Assembly: GCF_001194135.2 (NCBI RefSeq)
Contig: NC_068981.1
Location: 128,806,274-128,870,273, forward strand
Length of the DNA stretch: 64,000 nt
Reading direction: 5' to 3'
From: Octopus bimaculoides
Lineage: Eukaryota
Below are positions 53,091-64,000 of this stretch, one piece after another. The position numbers and the translations under genes are program-made. A model generated the notes under the pieces. The model did not search any database. It was not told where the DNA came from and worked only from the letters and a program-made list of their open reading frames with translations. Each line of letters begins with the position of its first letter. The first letter of the stretch is position 1.

Positions 53091-54175
53091 TAAAAAAGAA
53101 CTTTGTTTATCTTAATTTTGAAAAATAAAGGGAATATAAGAAAAACTGCATTATTTATGGGATGACCCAATATATTCTCAACATCACCTGTCATATGACA
53201 GATACCACTCTACATGCCTCATATATTTTTCCAAATGCATATTTAGATGTGTAGCCGAATGGTTAGAGTGCTGGGCTCATGATCATAGGATTATGGGTTT
53301 CAGTTCCTGGAGAGGACACCATGCTGTGTCCTTGAACAAAGCATGTCATTTTATGATATTGTAGTCTACTCAGCTGAAAATATGTACCAGCCAAGTGCTC
53401 TCAACTTCTAGCTGTCATATCCTCATTTTATTCCACAGAGATAATGGTGGGAAGACTGAGAGGGTGTCTGCTTGTAATTACATAGGTACCTAAAACCTGA
53501 AAACAGGTACATAGGTACCTGAAGGCATGATACATGCTACCAAGTCATATTTGCTTACAAGTGACAGCTAAGCTTTCATCCTTTAGCATCCACAGTATTC
53601 TTTCAAAAGTAATACTTATTTATTCACATTATTTTGAATTAAACATGCATTATTTTGTAACTTATATTATTGAAGAGGGAACGACAGAATCATCTGTATA
53701 GGAATATATGTGGTTCAAGGTAACACCAACTATATCATGTGAGAGAGAGGTGGCAAAAAGAGAATGGAAAGAGAAATAAAGAAAGAACAAACAGCAAAAA
53801 GGAAAGAAGAAAAGGAGAAAGAACAAAAAAAAAATTAAAGAAAGTAACCTGGTAACTGTAAAACACTATTCAGTATTTTTGTGCAGCGATGACACTGCTC
53901 TCCAGTTTCAAATATCTAGAACAAAATCAAAAAGGTCAAATTATCTGTAGGAAACCTGTACTCTGTAGAAGGCAGGTTGTGTATACCGATCGACACCTGT
54001 GAAATCAAAAGAAAGTTTAATGACTGATATTTCATTGTGACGTGTGACACTGATACTAAGATATTGGTGTCATAATCTCTCAAAATCTAGGTTCTGGCAT
54101 GGGAGGTGTTGGTTGTCCCTTTAGTAAAGGACATTATGTTAAGGCAAATGACCTCTACAGTCATTATTATTTTAA

Positions 54176-54396
54176 CCTTTTAGTGTTTACACTGACCGTA
54201 TCTGGCCAATGTAAATGCTACCTGTTTTATGTTCAAACTAGCCAGATCTAGCCTCTCACACTTATCTAAAATGTCAATCTAAAAATATACAATCACATCA
54301 TCAAAATCTCAAAGCTATGAGATAATACATGGTTAATTCAGTACAATGCGAATAAATAAGGATCATATTTGAAAGAATAACGTGAATACTAAAAGG
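54176..54396. mobile_element. piggyBac-type MITE with TTAA target duplication
   Basis: ttaa|ccttttagtgtttac ... gtgaatactaaaagg|ttaa. Confidence 0.75.
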
Positions 54397-55195
54397 TTAA
54401 CTTTGAGTAAACCTATGAGCAAGCAAATTCCCACCATAGCCATCTCATCTTTTACTCTAATGTATCATTGCTTTCTTTAATACAGTAGAACAATGTAGGG
54501 TGTCTGCAACCCCTGGGAATATGGAGGTGGCATTTCAGAAGTTGTAACAAGGAAGGAAAGTAATATACGTTATTGAAATTGCTTTTGGGAATAATGTGAT
54601 TAAACTTAACACTTGAACTTACTTACTGTACGTAGGTTAATGTAAAAGAAAGAAAGAAAGAAAGAAAGAAGGAAAGAAAGAAAAGCCCATTATGCCACAC
54701 CTAAATACACTTTGAGAAAAAAAATATTAGAAAGAAAGTTATTAGAAAATTGACTTTTTCACCTTCAAATGTGATATTACATTTGTAGGGACATGAGAAC
54801 TAAACATTTCCTAGGGGTGTGGGACATAGAAAAGGTTGAGAACCACTGCAGTGGAGTGTAATTTGACCTCCCACTGTTTAATGTGAACATGAATAGCTAG
54901 TTTAATCTTTCTTTGTGTCTCTGCAAGTTCCTTACATACTAACAATCTCTCAACTCTGGCATTTAGCACAATAAAACAATCACATAAGTGTTATGTGAAA
55001 ATAATCAAAGCTTAGCATTGTATTATAGGAAATGAGAAAGATATATAGAGAAGGGAGAGGTAGTAAAGTGACTGATTGCATGTGTGTATGAATGAGAGAT
55101 ACACAGATATAAAGAGATAGAGGTGGAAGTTCTATCTCTGTGGTGAAGCTCATGTAGCTGGTCAGGTTTTTTTATTACTACCATTATTACGACCA

Positions 55196-56255
55196 CTGCA
55201 AGACAGCAAGCTGGCAAAATCGTTAACACGCCAGGCGAAATGCTTAGTGACATTTCGTCTGGCTTTACTTTGTAAGTTCAAATTTTGCCGAGGTTGACTT
55301 TGTCTTTCATCCTTTTGGGGTCAGTAAAATAAGTATCAGTTGAGTACTGGGATCGATGTAATCGACTGTCCCACTCACCCAAATTTCAGGCCTTGAGCCT
55401 ATAGTAGAAAGGATTATCACTACCAGCTGGCAGAATTGTTAGCACACTGGGCAAAATGCTAAGCAGCATTTTGTCCATCTTTACATTCTGAGTTCAAATT
55501 CTGCCAAAATCAACTTTGCTTTTTATCTTTACAGGGTCAATAAACTAAGTATCAGTTAAGCCCTGGGGTCAATGTAATTGACTTATCCTCTCACCTAAAA
55601 TTGCTGGCCTTGTGCCAAAATTTGAAATCAGTATTACCATTCCCCTCATAAGGCAACGAGCTGACAGAATCATTAGTATGCTGGGCAAAATGCTTAGAAG
55701 CATTTCATCTGCCTTTACAGTCTGAGTTCAAATGCTGCTGGGGCTGACTTTGTCTTTCATCCAGTTGGGGGTCAATAAATTAAGAACCAGTTGAGTGTTG
55801 GAGTTGATGTAATCGACTTATCTCCTCACCCAAAATTGCTGGCATAACACCAAAATTTGAAACCATCATTACAACTACTGTTATAGTAGTAGATGACAGG
55901 ATCATCGGTACATTAGTGTGTTGGAATTACTAGGTGGTATTTAGTTACCACTAGCTTTTTTAGTGGCATTTAGTTGGCACTTCAGTAGACCCTCTTTACA
56001 TTCTAAATCCAAATCCTTCTTAGATTGATATAAAATAAAGCATAAGTCAATTACTGAGTCCATTATTTCAACGACATCCTTCCCCAACATTTGTGACTTT
56101 GTGCCTATATTAGAAATCATAGTAGAAGGAGAAATGGAATACAGATAGATAAAATTTCAGTAGAGACAATCACCTTGCAGTACAGATATCCAATCAGTTC
56201 TCAACCTATAATTCAGTACAGTCACTACTCACAGGTCAAGTGTCCATAAAGGTTC

Positions 56256-56286
<31 letters not shown>

Positions 56287-57050
56287 GTGTATATGAATGT
56301 GTGTATCATAGGTCAAGTATCCATTTAGACTCTCCTTCTGTTTATCTGTCTATGTGTACATGTGTCTGTCTGTTTCTGTTTTTCTTTCTTTTCTATATTA
56401 TTCAGATACCTAAAGTGGTAAACTAGCAGAATCATTAGCACACCTGAGAAAATACTTAACAGTATTTCATCTGTCTTTACACTCTGAGTTCAAATTCCAC
56501 TAAAGTTGACTTTACCTTTCATCCTTTTGGGGTCAATAAAATAAGTACCAGTTGAGCACTGGGGTCAATGTAATAAGCTAAACCCCATTCCCTCTAAATT
56601 CCAGGCCTTTTATTATAATAAAAAGAATTATTATCCAGACACCTGAAAGGATGAAAAAGCAAAAATGACCTTGGGAGGATTTGAACTCAGGGATTAAAGA
56701 GATACCACTAAGCATTTTGTCTGACATGCTAACAATTCAGCCGGCTTACTAGCTTAATATTTTGAGTTTAAATCCTATTGAGACCAACTTCAACTTTCAT
56801 TCTGCAGAGATTGATAAAATTAGGACAGGTTATACTGATTTCAAATTTTGGCACAAGGCCAGCAATTTCGGAGAAGGGGGCAAGTTGATTATATTGATCC
56901 CAGTGCATAAATGGTACTTATTAAATAGACCCTGAAAGGATAAAAGGCAAAGTCAACATCAGCAGAATTTGAACTCAGAACGTGAAGTCAGATAAAATGC
57001 CACCAAGTATTTCCCCTGCATGCTATTGATTCTACCAGCTCACTGCCTTA
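55196..57050. repeat. Dense SINE-B cluster including a head-to-tail triplet
   Basis: Copies at ~55196-55410, 55425-55630, 55650-55865 (+), degraded 55900-56120, 56425-56630 (+), 56640-56755 and 56825-57050 (-). Confidence 0.85.
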
Positions 57051-59965
57051 AGACAGGTAATATATTAAAATTGATATAATCAACTATATTTTGACTATAA
57101 AAGACGAGGTGAATTTTATATTTGCTTCATGCAGTGTATTTAAGATGCATGTGTGTCTAATAGTGCCATCCCTTCTAGAACTATACCAACAAAAGAAGCT
57201 GAATGCAAGACTTCATATAAAGAAAGCACTTGTTAATGAAGAGTATACTCTTAGTGCTTAGAGCACTGGGTTGTACCACATTATGATGCTTATTTACAGT
57301 TAGGAAAGGTTGAACTACTGAGAGTTAAATGCCTTGGTCATAGGTACAAGGTAATGACTGTGGTAATATACAAACTAAGATGCTTGTGGCTGCAGGACCA
57401 ATTCCCTATTGACTAAGCTAGCAGCAACTCTAAGGGTTATAAATGTAGACAGCAAATCAGTTGACCCATAAAAACTAAACATTTCAAGCCTCTCTTCTCA
57501 GAAAAGTCATTAAAAAATGTATCGTTCTTTTAAACACACACACACACACACACACACATAGGCACTAACACTAAAGACAGACTGTAGCTTTATATGTAAG
57601 TCAGTATTTCTGTAAATATATACAGTGTCTGTCTCTAAAGGAAATCAGAAGTTGTGTAGATATTATATGAACATTGGTTTCAAATTTTGGCACAAGACTA
57701 GCAATTGTGATGTGGGAGAATCGATTACATCAACCCAATGCTCAACTGGTGCTTTTTTTTTTTTTTATCAACCTCCAAAATGATGAAAGGCAAAGTTGAC
57801 CCCAGTGCCTTTTGAACTTAGAAGGTAAAGTTGGAAGAAATGCACTAAGCATTTTATCCACTGCAGAAATAACTCTGCCAGCTTTCCACCTTATATGAAC
57901 ATTACTTCTATAGTTAGCATCTTTATAAATCAAACAAAATCAACATGAATATTTGAATAAGAGGTGCTAAGTTATGTTCCAATAAATAAAATCAACATGA
58001 ATATTTGAATAAGAGGTGCCAGAGTTATGCTCCAATAAATGCACGTTTGCAGTCCAGTTATGATACTCGGCAAGAGTTATTTGATTTCACTTAAATTGTT
58101 AACACCCTCAATAATAGTTGCAATAATAGTTGCAACATCACACAGTTTTTTCTCTTAAAGTATACCTATTATACTTCAATCCTAAGCAAACACAATTTCT
58201 ATAAAGAGTCAATGTTTCTACAAACATTAGTTAATTAATATGTACATAGTACTGGAATTAATTCAACTGCCACACAACCAGACTAATGATTTTCTTCCCA
58301 CTGTGCCTCATCACTTCAGGATCAATAAGTACAAGGAATATCGTGAGGGGTTCAAATCAATTACCTTTCCATTTACTGTAAATGTGATTTGTATCTCAGA
58401 CAAAAAGAAAAATGGTGAAAAGTAGAGAAAATATCAATTGCTATTGATTTCAATTTTAGTAACAAAGTGAGAATCTAGATATTTTGCCAAGTGATTGACT
58501 TCTAAAACTTAATGGCTGCTTGTAGTATACTTATTTTGCAATACCTATCTTTCGATAAGTCTTTCATATTTATATGTAAACCCACTGATACCTAAGTGTG
58601 TAAATCCAGACGCATTAGCAACTATACATATGAACTTAGCACTTAGAGCTATTTACAAGCTTGTAGGTGCTTACTAACTGCATACAGTTGTACAGGTGCT
58701 TTAAATACAAGGTTACAGCTATTATGTGTATACAATCAAGTCAATATATATGTTGCCTTATATAATATACATCATAATTCTAAGGGCCTAAACTGTCATT
58801 AAAAAAACCCTGATATGTGTCACACTATATTGCACAACTGCTGCAAGAGAAGATAATCTAATAAATTAGTTTTGTAAAATTTCGTTTTACATGAGACAGA
58901 AAGCTGGCAGAATTGTTAGATTGCTGGACAAAATATCCGTCTTTACATTCTGAATCCAAATTTTGCCGAGGTCGACTTTACCTTTCATCCTTTCAGGTTG
59001 ATAAAATAAGTACCAGTTGAACACTGGAGTCAATATAACCGACTACCCCATACTCAAAATTGTTGGCTTTGTGCCAAAATTTGAAACCAATATTTCATTT
59101 TACATAAAATAATTATATATATATAGTGGGGAAAAAAGCAATCTAAAAACAATAAATTTTTTCTCAGACAATTAAAAACATGGGTTGGGAGAAATTTTGC
59201 TGTCTAATATTATGTATCATATGCACCTCAATTGCTTTGGTAAAAAAAAAAATTTAAAAAAAAGGAGGGTGGAATTATATGTAAGGAGTTTTACAGCATA
59301 AACATACTTTACGACAGCCTAAGTATGCTTTTATATTAATAAACGCTAAATGTTATCATTGAAAACTTATTTTNNNNNNNNNNNNNNNNNNNNNNNNNNT
59401 CCCTGTCCGAAATTGAGATGAGTGTGGGGACTTATATGTCAGTGGGTCTTATCAGATTCCAATCATTTAGAAATGTATTTCACATTTTGTTTCAGTTTTT
59501 TTTTTTTTTTATGAATAATTATGTAAAACTAGCTTATTATTGATAACCGAGATTTAGCAACATTCTTTTTTTTTTTTAAATACAGGCTCGTAAACATAGC
59601 AGTTAACTTCATGTGGCCTTTCAACAAAAGTATCGTTAGTGCAAATAACAATTAGATCGACTCCAGTACTCAACTGGTACTTAATTTATCGACTCTGAAA
59701 GGATGAAAGGCAAAGTTGACCTCGGCGGAATTTGAACTCAGAATGTAAGGACATACGAAATACCGCTAAGCATTTTGCCCGGCGTGCTAACGATTCTGCC
59801 AGCTATTATTATTAATAATAATGATGATTTCATGTAATTGCCATAGGAGTGAAGGATGAGGGGAACACTACAAAGACATGTGTAAACCCCCAAACTTTAT
59901 GTGTGGGGGTTTATATATAATGAAATGATAAAAGGAAAAAGAAAAAAAGGAAAGAAAGTACGCAC

Positions 59966-60200
59966 GGTATACACTGAAGAAGAAGGAACAAAAGAGCGTG
60001 GAAAAAAATCAGCGGTTGAACAGAACAGCTGTTGAAGAGAATGACAGAATGGAGAAACTATGATGCGGAAAATAGACACTGCCGTAATTGACAACCTCTA
60101 TCCTTGAAACATCCTTGAGTCGCTCGGCAAAGTCCTTGACACCCGAGAAGCTTTGTAACTAAATATAAAAGCAAGCGTCCCTTCATATGGTCAAGAAGCA
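59966..60200 (-). other. Putative non-coding first exon/promoter of right-hand gene
   Basis: Local CpG-rich patch (~59.3-60.4 kb), donor ACC|gtgcgt at 59965, adjoining a long CpG-depleted block to its left. 5' boundary approximate. Confidence 0.3.
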
Positions 60201-60606
60201 AAATACACGTTTAATATATTAATATATTATGCGCGCGCGCAATCACACACATACACACACACACACATGAGCATATATATGCTTCTATGTGAGAGATATG
60301 CATATATGACAAATATATGACAATATATATACATATATCATCATCATCGTTTAACGTCCGTCTTCCATGCTGGCATGGGTATATATCATCATCATCAGCT
60401 AATGTCCGCTTTTCATGCAGGCATGGGTTGGACGGTTTGACAGGAGTTGGTTAGGTAGAAGATTGCACCAGGCATCAGTATGTTTTGGCATGGTTTTTAC
60501 AGCTGGATGCTCTTCCTAACGTCAACCACCCTACAGAGTGGACTGACTGCTTTTTACATGGCACCAGCATGTATAACAAAACAGGAATGTGGAAGATCTG
60601 GTATTA

Positions 60607-60842
60607 TTTATTCATTATTATACATGTTTCTTTGCTAATAGGAATCACAAAGCCATACATATCAGATAAACATGTAAGAAATTTCCTATTAGAAATTCAT
60701 AAGACAGAGAATCAAATATGTAATTAGTATTATTTGATTCTCTGTCTGAAGAATTTTTAATAGAAATTTCTTACACATTTATCCAACATGTACAACTATG
60801 TAATTCCTACAAGCAAATGAGGCATGTGCAATAGTGAATAAC
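60607..60842. repeat. Imperfect ~115-bp-arm inverted repeat (old hairpin MITE-like)
   Basis: 60607-60718 vs 60731-60842: inner ~60 bp about 80% complementary, outer about 70%. Confidence 0.75.
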
Positions 60843-61297
60843 TGATACCAAAATTTCTTCAACCTTCCTATTTTGATATATCATCCTTTCTACTAAAGGC
60901 ACAAGGCCTGAAATTTGGGTGGTGTGGACTAGTCGATTACATCAATCCCAGTGTTTCACTGGTGCTTAATCTGTCAACTCCAAAAGGATGAAAGGCAAAA
61001 TTGACCTCAGCAGAATTTGAACTCAGAATGTGGAAGATGAACAAAATGCCTCGAAGCATTTCGCCCAGCATGGTAACGATTCTGCCAGCTCACCACCTTA
61101 TTTTGTTATATAACAACTCTGAAAATTATATTTCTAGAATTTTCAACTCTAATATGTACCTCACATCAATACAACAGCTACAACTACATACTATATTGTA
61201 ATACTGAAATAAGCAGATGTTCTTCAAGAGAAGAACAGCTTGGACTTTACCCTACATACATAATATATACTTATGTATGTGTATGTACATTCTAGTT

Positions 61298-61518
61298 CAG
61301 TGGTTCCCAACCCTTTTATTTGAATGAGTTTTCCTACATACCCCTTTTAATACGCTTATCTTTATGTATATATATATATATATATATATTTATTTATGTG
61401 TTTCAGCCAAGTGGCTGCGGTCATATATATATATGAAATTTTGAATTTAGTTCACAGACCCCCAGTACTACCTTTGTGGATCACCAGGAGCCTGCAGACC
61501 CCAGGTTGGGAACCACTG
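61298..61518. mobile_element. hAT (Charlie-like) MITE
   Basis: TIRs cagtggttcccaacc / ggttgggaaccactg; 8-bp TSD ttctagtt / ttctattt (7/8 match). Confidence 0.8.
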
Positions 61519-62539
61519 TTCTATTTATATAAGTTTGATGATGCAAACAGTAAAATAGCTCAAAACAATATTACATATACATTTTTATTAACAATCGGCT
61601 GAAGTTACAGAGTGACTCAAAAGTTGAAAGTTTTGTACATTGGCACTTTTCATACATGTCTCTCTACCTGCCTATCTCTCTCTCTCTCTCTCCCTCNNNN
61701 NNNNNNNNNNNNNNNNNNNNNNNNTATATATATATATATATACACACACACTTGGGCTTTAACCAAGACTCTTGAAGACAAAAATTAAAACCAAACTCTG
61801 GCTTTAATTTTTGTCTTCATTGGTTAAATGAACAAAAGCGTTAATAAAGAATTATCCAAAATTCTGACTGCCTCCTTTTTCTCAATGTACAATATCTGTA
61901 CACCACTTCAAACACTCTCTCTCTCTCTATATATATATATATAATTAGAAAATGGAAAAAAACATAAATTAACCCACATATCGATTGGACCACATTTATA
62001 GCTTATTTATTAATACAAAGCATGATATAACAAATCTTACAGCTGTTTCTAATCAGATTGCCAGAATGCAGTCTATACATAAATGCGAGAATAAAATTCT
62101 TCATCTTCATAGGGCATTCGAATTAAGGCAACAGATCTTCATCAGAGTGAAAAACAAGAGCATATAATATAAACAAAAGGACAAAGGGAAAGGAAAGAAA
62201 ACATGGCTTAGACAAGTAGTCTAGAAGCCCAAGTGCACATAATTATTTACCATCAGGGCTACAAGAGCATTGATGAAAGAGTGACCTAGTAAAGGTCTGG
62301 GGAATACTACAAATTATTAACCCATTAATAATTTTCTATATACATATTTTTCTTTACTAGTTTCAGCTCGAGAGCTGTGGCCATGCTGGGGCTCTGCCAT
62401 TAGCTTTACTACACTTTCACTACTTGAAACTTCCTCTGATATGTGGCATTTGATGAATGAGGGAGTTTGGTGTTGCTGCCCTCATCTGCATTTCTTACCA
62501 TGAGGTAGGTTCATCCTGAACTCTTGACAGAAGATCTTG

Positions 62540-62820
62540 TTTTGTTTTGCAGATGCCTACATCCACCTCAGGCTTTTGAGGAGGATATTGAAGAGAGCTA
62601 TAAGCCCTTGAAACTCAAGCTGTTGCAGTATCTGGTTCTGTATCCTGATGGCAATGTTGAGATTTTTGATACAATGCAGTGGCACCCCATTCCACCTGTA
62701 AATTGTGTCCAATTCATGTAGAAGTTGAGTGACATCTCCATGGTTCTTTATCCTCTGACAGACTTTTGTACCATCTGCATAACTAGCAAGGTTAGCTATC
62801 TGAGCAGCTGAGGGCATGTC
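62540..62820 (-). mobile_element. CR1/L2/Jockey-group LINE reverse-transcriptase fragment
   Basis: ASYADGTKVCQRIKNHGDVTQLLHELDTIYRW matches YADDTK...D...LQ.DLD.I..W. Confidence 0.75.
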
Positions 62821-63563
62821 TGAGAGGGACGGACACTCACACGCACATACACACACACACACAGAGGCATATACATATAAACAAATACAGCTACATCAAA
62901 TACCATACAACACAAGTTCTAGATCTGTTCAAATTATTTCTGTCATTTCTGTCACCAGATGATGTATTACAATTACGAAATGGCAGTTGAAAACAGCTTC
63001 AGATGAGAAAGGGAGGTAATTTCACAAATCAAAAATTCTCCAAAATTGATATTAATTGATATCAAAGAAAAGGACAAGCTTATTTTCTAAAGATGAGAAT
63101 AGTCATGGACATACACATGTAAATGTATACATATATGTGTTTACATAAATAATATATAGATATAAAAAAAGGTAAAGACCCCCATCGATCATGCATGACA
63201 ATGGCATTGCACCTAGAAAGTTCTGCTCTGAAGCACAAGTCCAGGCAAGGTTGTTTATGGAAGATCAACAGTTTCTCATGCATAACAGCTTTCTCTCTCC
63301 ACACCACCAATGTTATCCAAAGGCAAGGGAAACGCCAATACAGCTTGGCCCCAGTAACAATGCTGGTGACACATGAAAGGCACCCATGCCAGTGATGTGT
63401 GAGAGGCACCTGTGCTGGCGACATGTACACTCTGTTGAGTAGTTGGCATTAGGAATAAACCAAGCCAAAAAAGACTGGGGCCTGGAGCAGCTCTCCAGCT
63501 TACGAGCTCCAGTCAAACCATCTTATCTACACCAGCATGGAAAATGGCCACTTAATGATGATA

Positions 63564-63611
<48 letters not shown>

Positions 63612-63923
63612 CGTGTGTATGTGTGTGTGTATGCATGTGTGTGTGTGTGTGTGCAGGTGTGTGTATTTTTATATGCATGTCTAACTGCATATAAGTATGC
63701 ATATATATATATATATATATATATGAGCATAAATAATATATACATATACATATATGCATATGTGTGTATATATACATATATATATATATATGTGCTTTTA
63801 TGTTCCACTTGCACCGGTGCAACATGGAAAATGGATGTTAAATGATGATGATGATGATGATATATATATATATATCAGTCAAATCGTCCAACCCATGCTA
63901 GCATGGAAAGCGGATGTTAAACA

Positions 63924-63957
<34 letters not shown>

Positions 63958-64000
63958 CGATGATGATGATGACGATGATGATGATAATATATATATATAT

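Noticed and set aside
55196-55865. Regularly spaced repeats that could be mistaken for a CRISPR array
   Set aside because: Units are ~215-bp diverged SINEs in a eukaryotic genome; no short repeat-spacer structure and no cas genes.
58365-58394. 30-nt minus-strand exon-like unit reading IQITFTVNGK, like the N-terminus of xanthine dehydrogenase/aldehyde oxidase
   Set aside because: Atypical GAG acceptor, no ATG, and no 2Fe-2S exon (GTKxGC.EGGCGACTV) anywhere downstream in the window.

Overview
Eukaryotic, AT-rich (about one-third GC by eye), microsatellite- and repeat-dense genomic DNA with 8 N-gaps. The abundant tRNA-derived SINEs look like those of Octopus (inference, no database run). No prokaryotic operon, CRISPR array, rRNA or intact tRNA gene is visible. 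Most of the ORF track is noise from repeats and AT-rich DNA. The only protein-coding piece I recognise is the first coding exon of a universal stress protein (USP/UspA) gene on the minus strand (35051-35114, MSARRILVALDGSEHAEYCLQ); I could not find its remaining exons. From splice signals and CpG patterning I infer two more unidentified minus-strand genes, both tentative: a left one (about 24.3 kb to 3.9 kb, ~64-aa product) and a right one (about 60.2 kb to 38 kb, signal-peptide-like N-terminus). Decayed mobile elements include a CRE-clade RLE retrotransposon, an RTE LINE, Tigger, POGK-like pogo, mariner, Penelope, CR1/L2-like fragments, an L1/Tx1-like ORF1, several MITEs and more than 35 SINE copies. 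At the left edge is a decayed GIY-YIG/T5orf172-like segment that may be a viral or Polinton relic. I found no convincing novel multi-gene system; the findings are leads ranked by interest.
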